A stretch of DNA of 64,000 bases. Origin: Octopus sinensis (taxonomy: Eukaryota). Positions 63,825 through 64,000 of the stretch are shown piece by piece. The notes under the pieces are model-generated. The model had not been told where the DNA came from. It saw only the letters and a program-made list of their open reading frames with translations, and did no database searches. The stretch spans positions 52,638,001-52,702,000 of the forward strand of contig NC_043003.1 in NCBI RefSeq assembly GCF_006345805.1. The letters are read 5' to 3'. How positions within the stretch are numbered: the stretch's first letter is position 1; each line of letters starts with the position of its first letter. The translations under genes were made by a program, and so were the position numbers.

Positions 63825-64000
63825 TCCCAAGGTTTAAAACAAACTTTTTTTGTATTAGACATTCACTAGTACAACACCAAAAACCCCCCAAATATATGGC
63901 ACACTAGGCATAACAACAACGTTAACTTCCAACCTGTTGTCTCTTGAGGTCTCTGGGTGAGACTTGGAGCCAACTTGTACAGACATAAAACAAAAGTCAA
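62769..64000 (+). mobile_element. 5'-truncated R4/Dong-type non-LTR retrotransposon (REL endonuclease), probably running off the window
   Basis: Begins EGGRGL directly after (AAT)n. Contains CRVC..ETIDHVVSKC CCHC knuckle, RHD, TD..D..KLSKY REL motifs and a 3' UTR. Confidence 0.85.

Overview
Repeat-dense, AT-rich animal genomic DNA with long introns. The repeat landscape (RTE LINE tails ending in (GAT)n, two dominant tRNA-derived SINE families, dense microsatellites) points to an octopus or other coleoid cephalopod; this is inference. The left half holds the 5' part of BRCA2 on the minus strand. Four phase-compatible exons were read by hand (11999-12130, 7206-7329, 3864-4006, 1579-3414), carrying the PALB2-binding NWF motif and the SWxSSLATPP motif. 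The large exon also has a Cys-containing 11/12-aa tandem repeat and a SILK+RVxF-like pair. Upstream of those exons, probably inside a long BRCA2 intron, lies a 7-kb composite: ~0.97-kb inverted arms enclose a 5'-truncated Penelope-like GIY-YIG element, into which a young, almost intact RTE LINE (APE + RT with an internal PHD-type finger, one frameshift) inserted in frame. From 37.4 to 62.3 kb there is a chain of minus-strand exon-like segments missed by the ORF track, partly phase-compatible and some with stops, that may be a decayed ANF-receptor/class-C-GPCR-type ectodomain gene (low confidence). The rest is mariner relics and MITEs, a Helitron, a Merlin-like MITE, several hairpin elements, hammerhead-like motifs, tandem SINE arrays and a 5'-truncated R4/Dong-type LINE at a (TAA)n tract. 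No rRNA, genuine tRNA gene or CRISPR array is supported.
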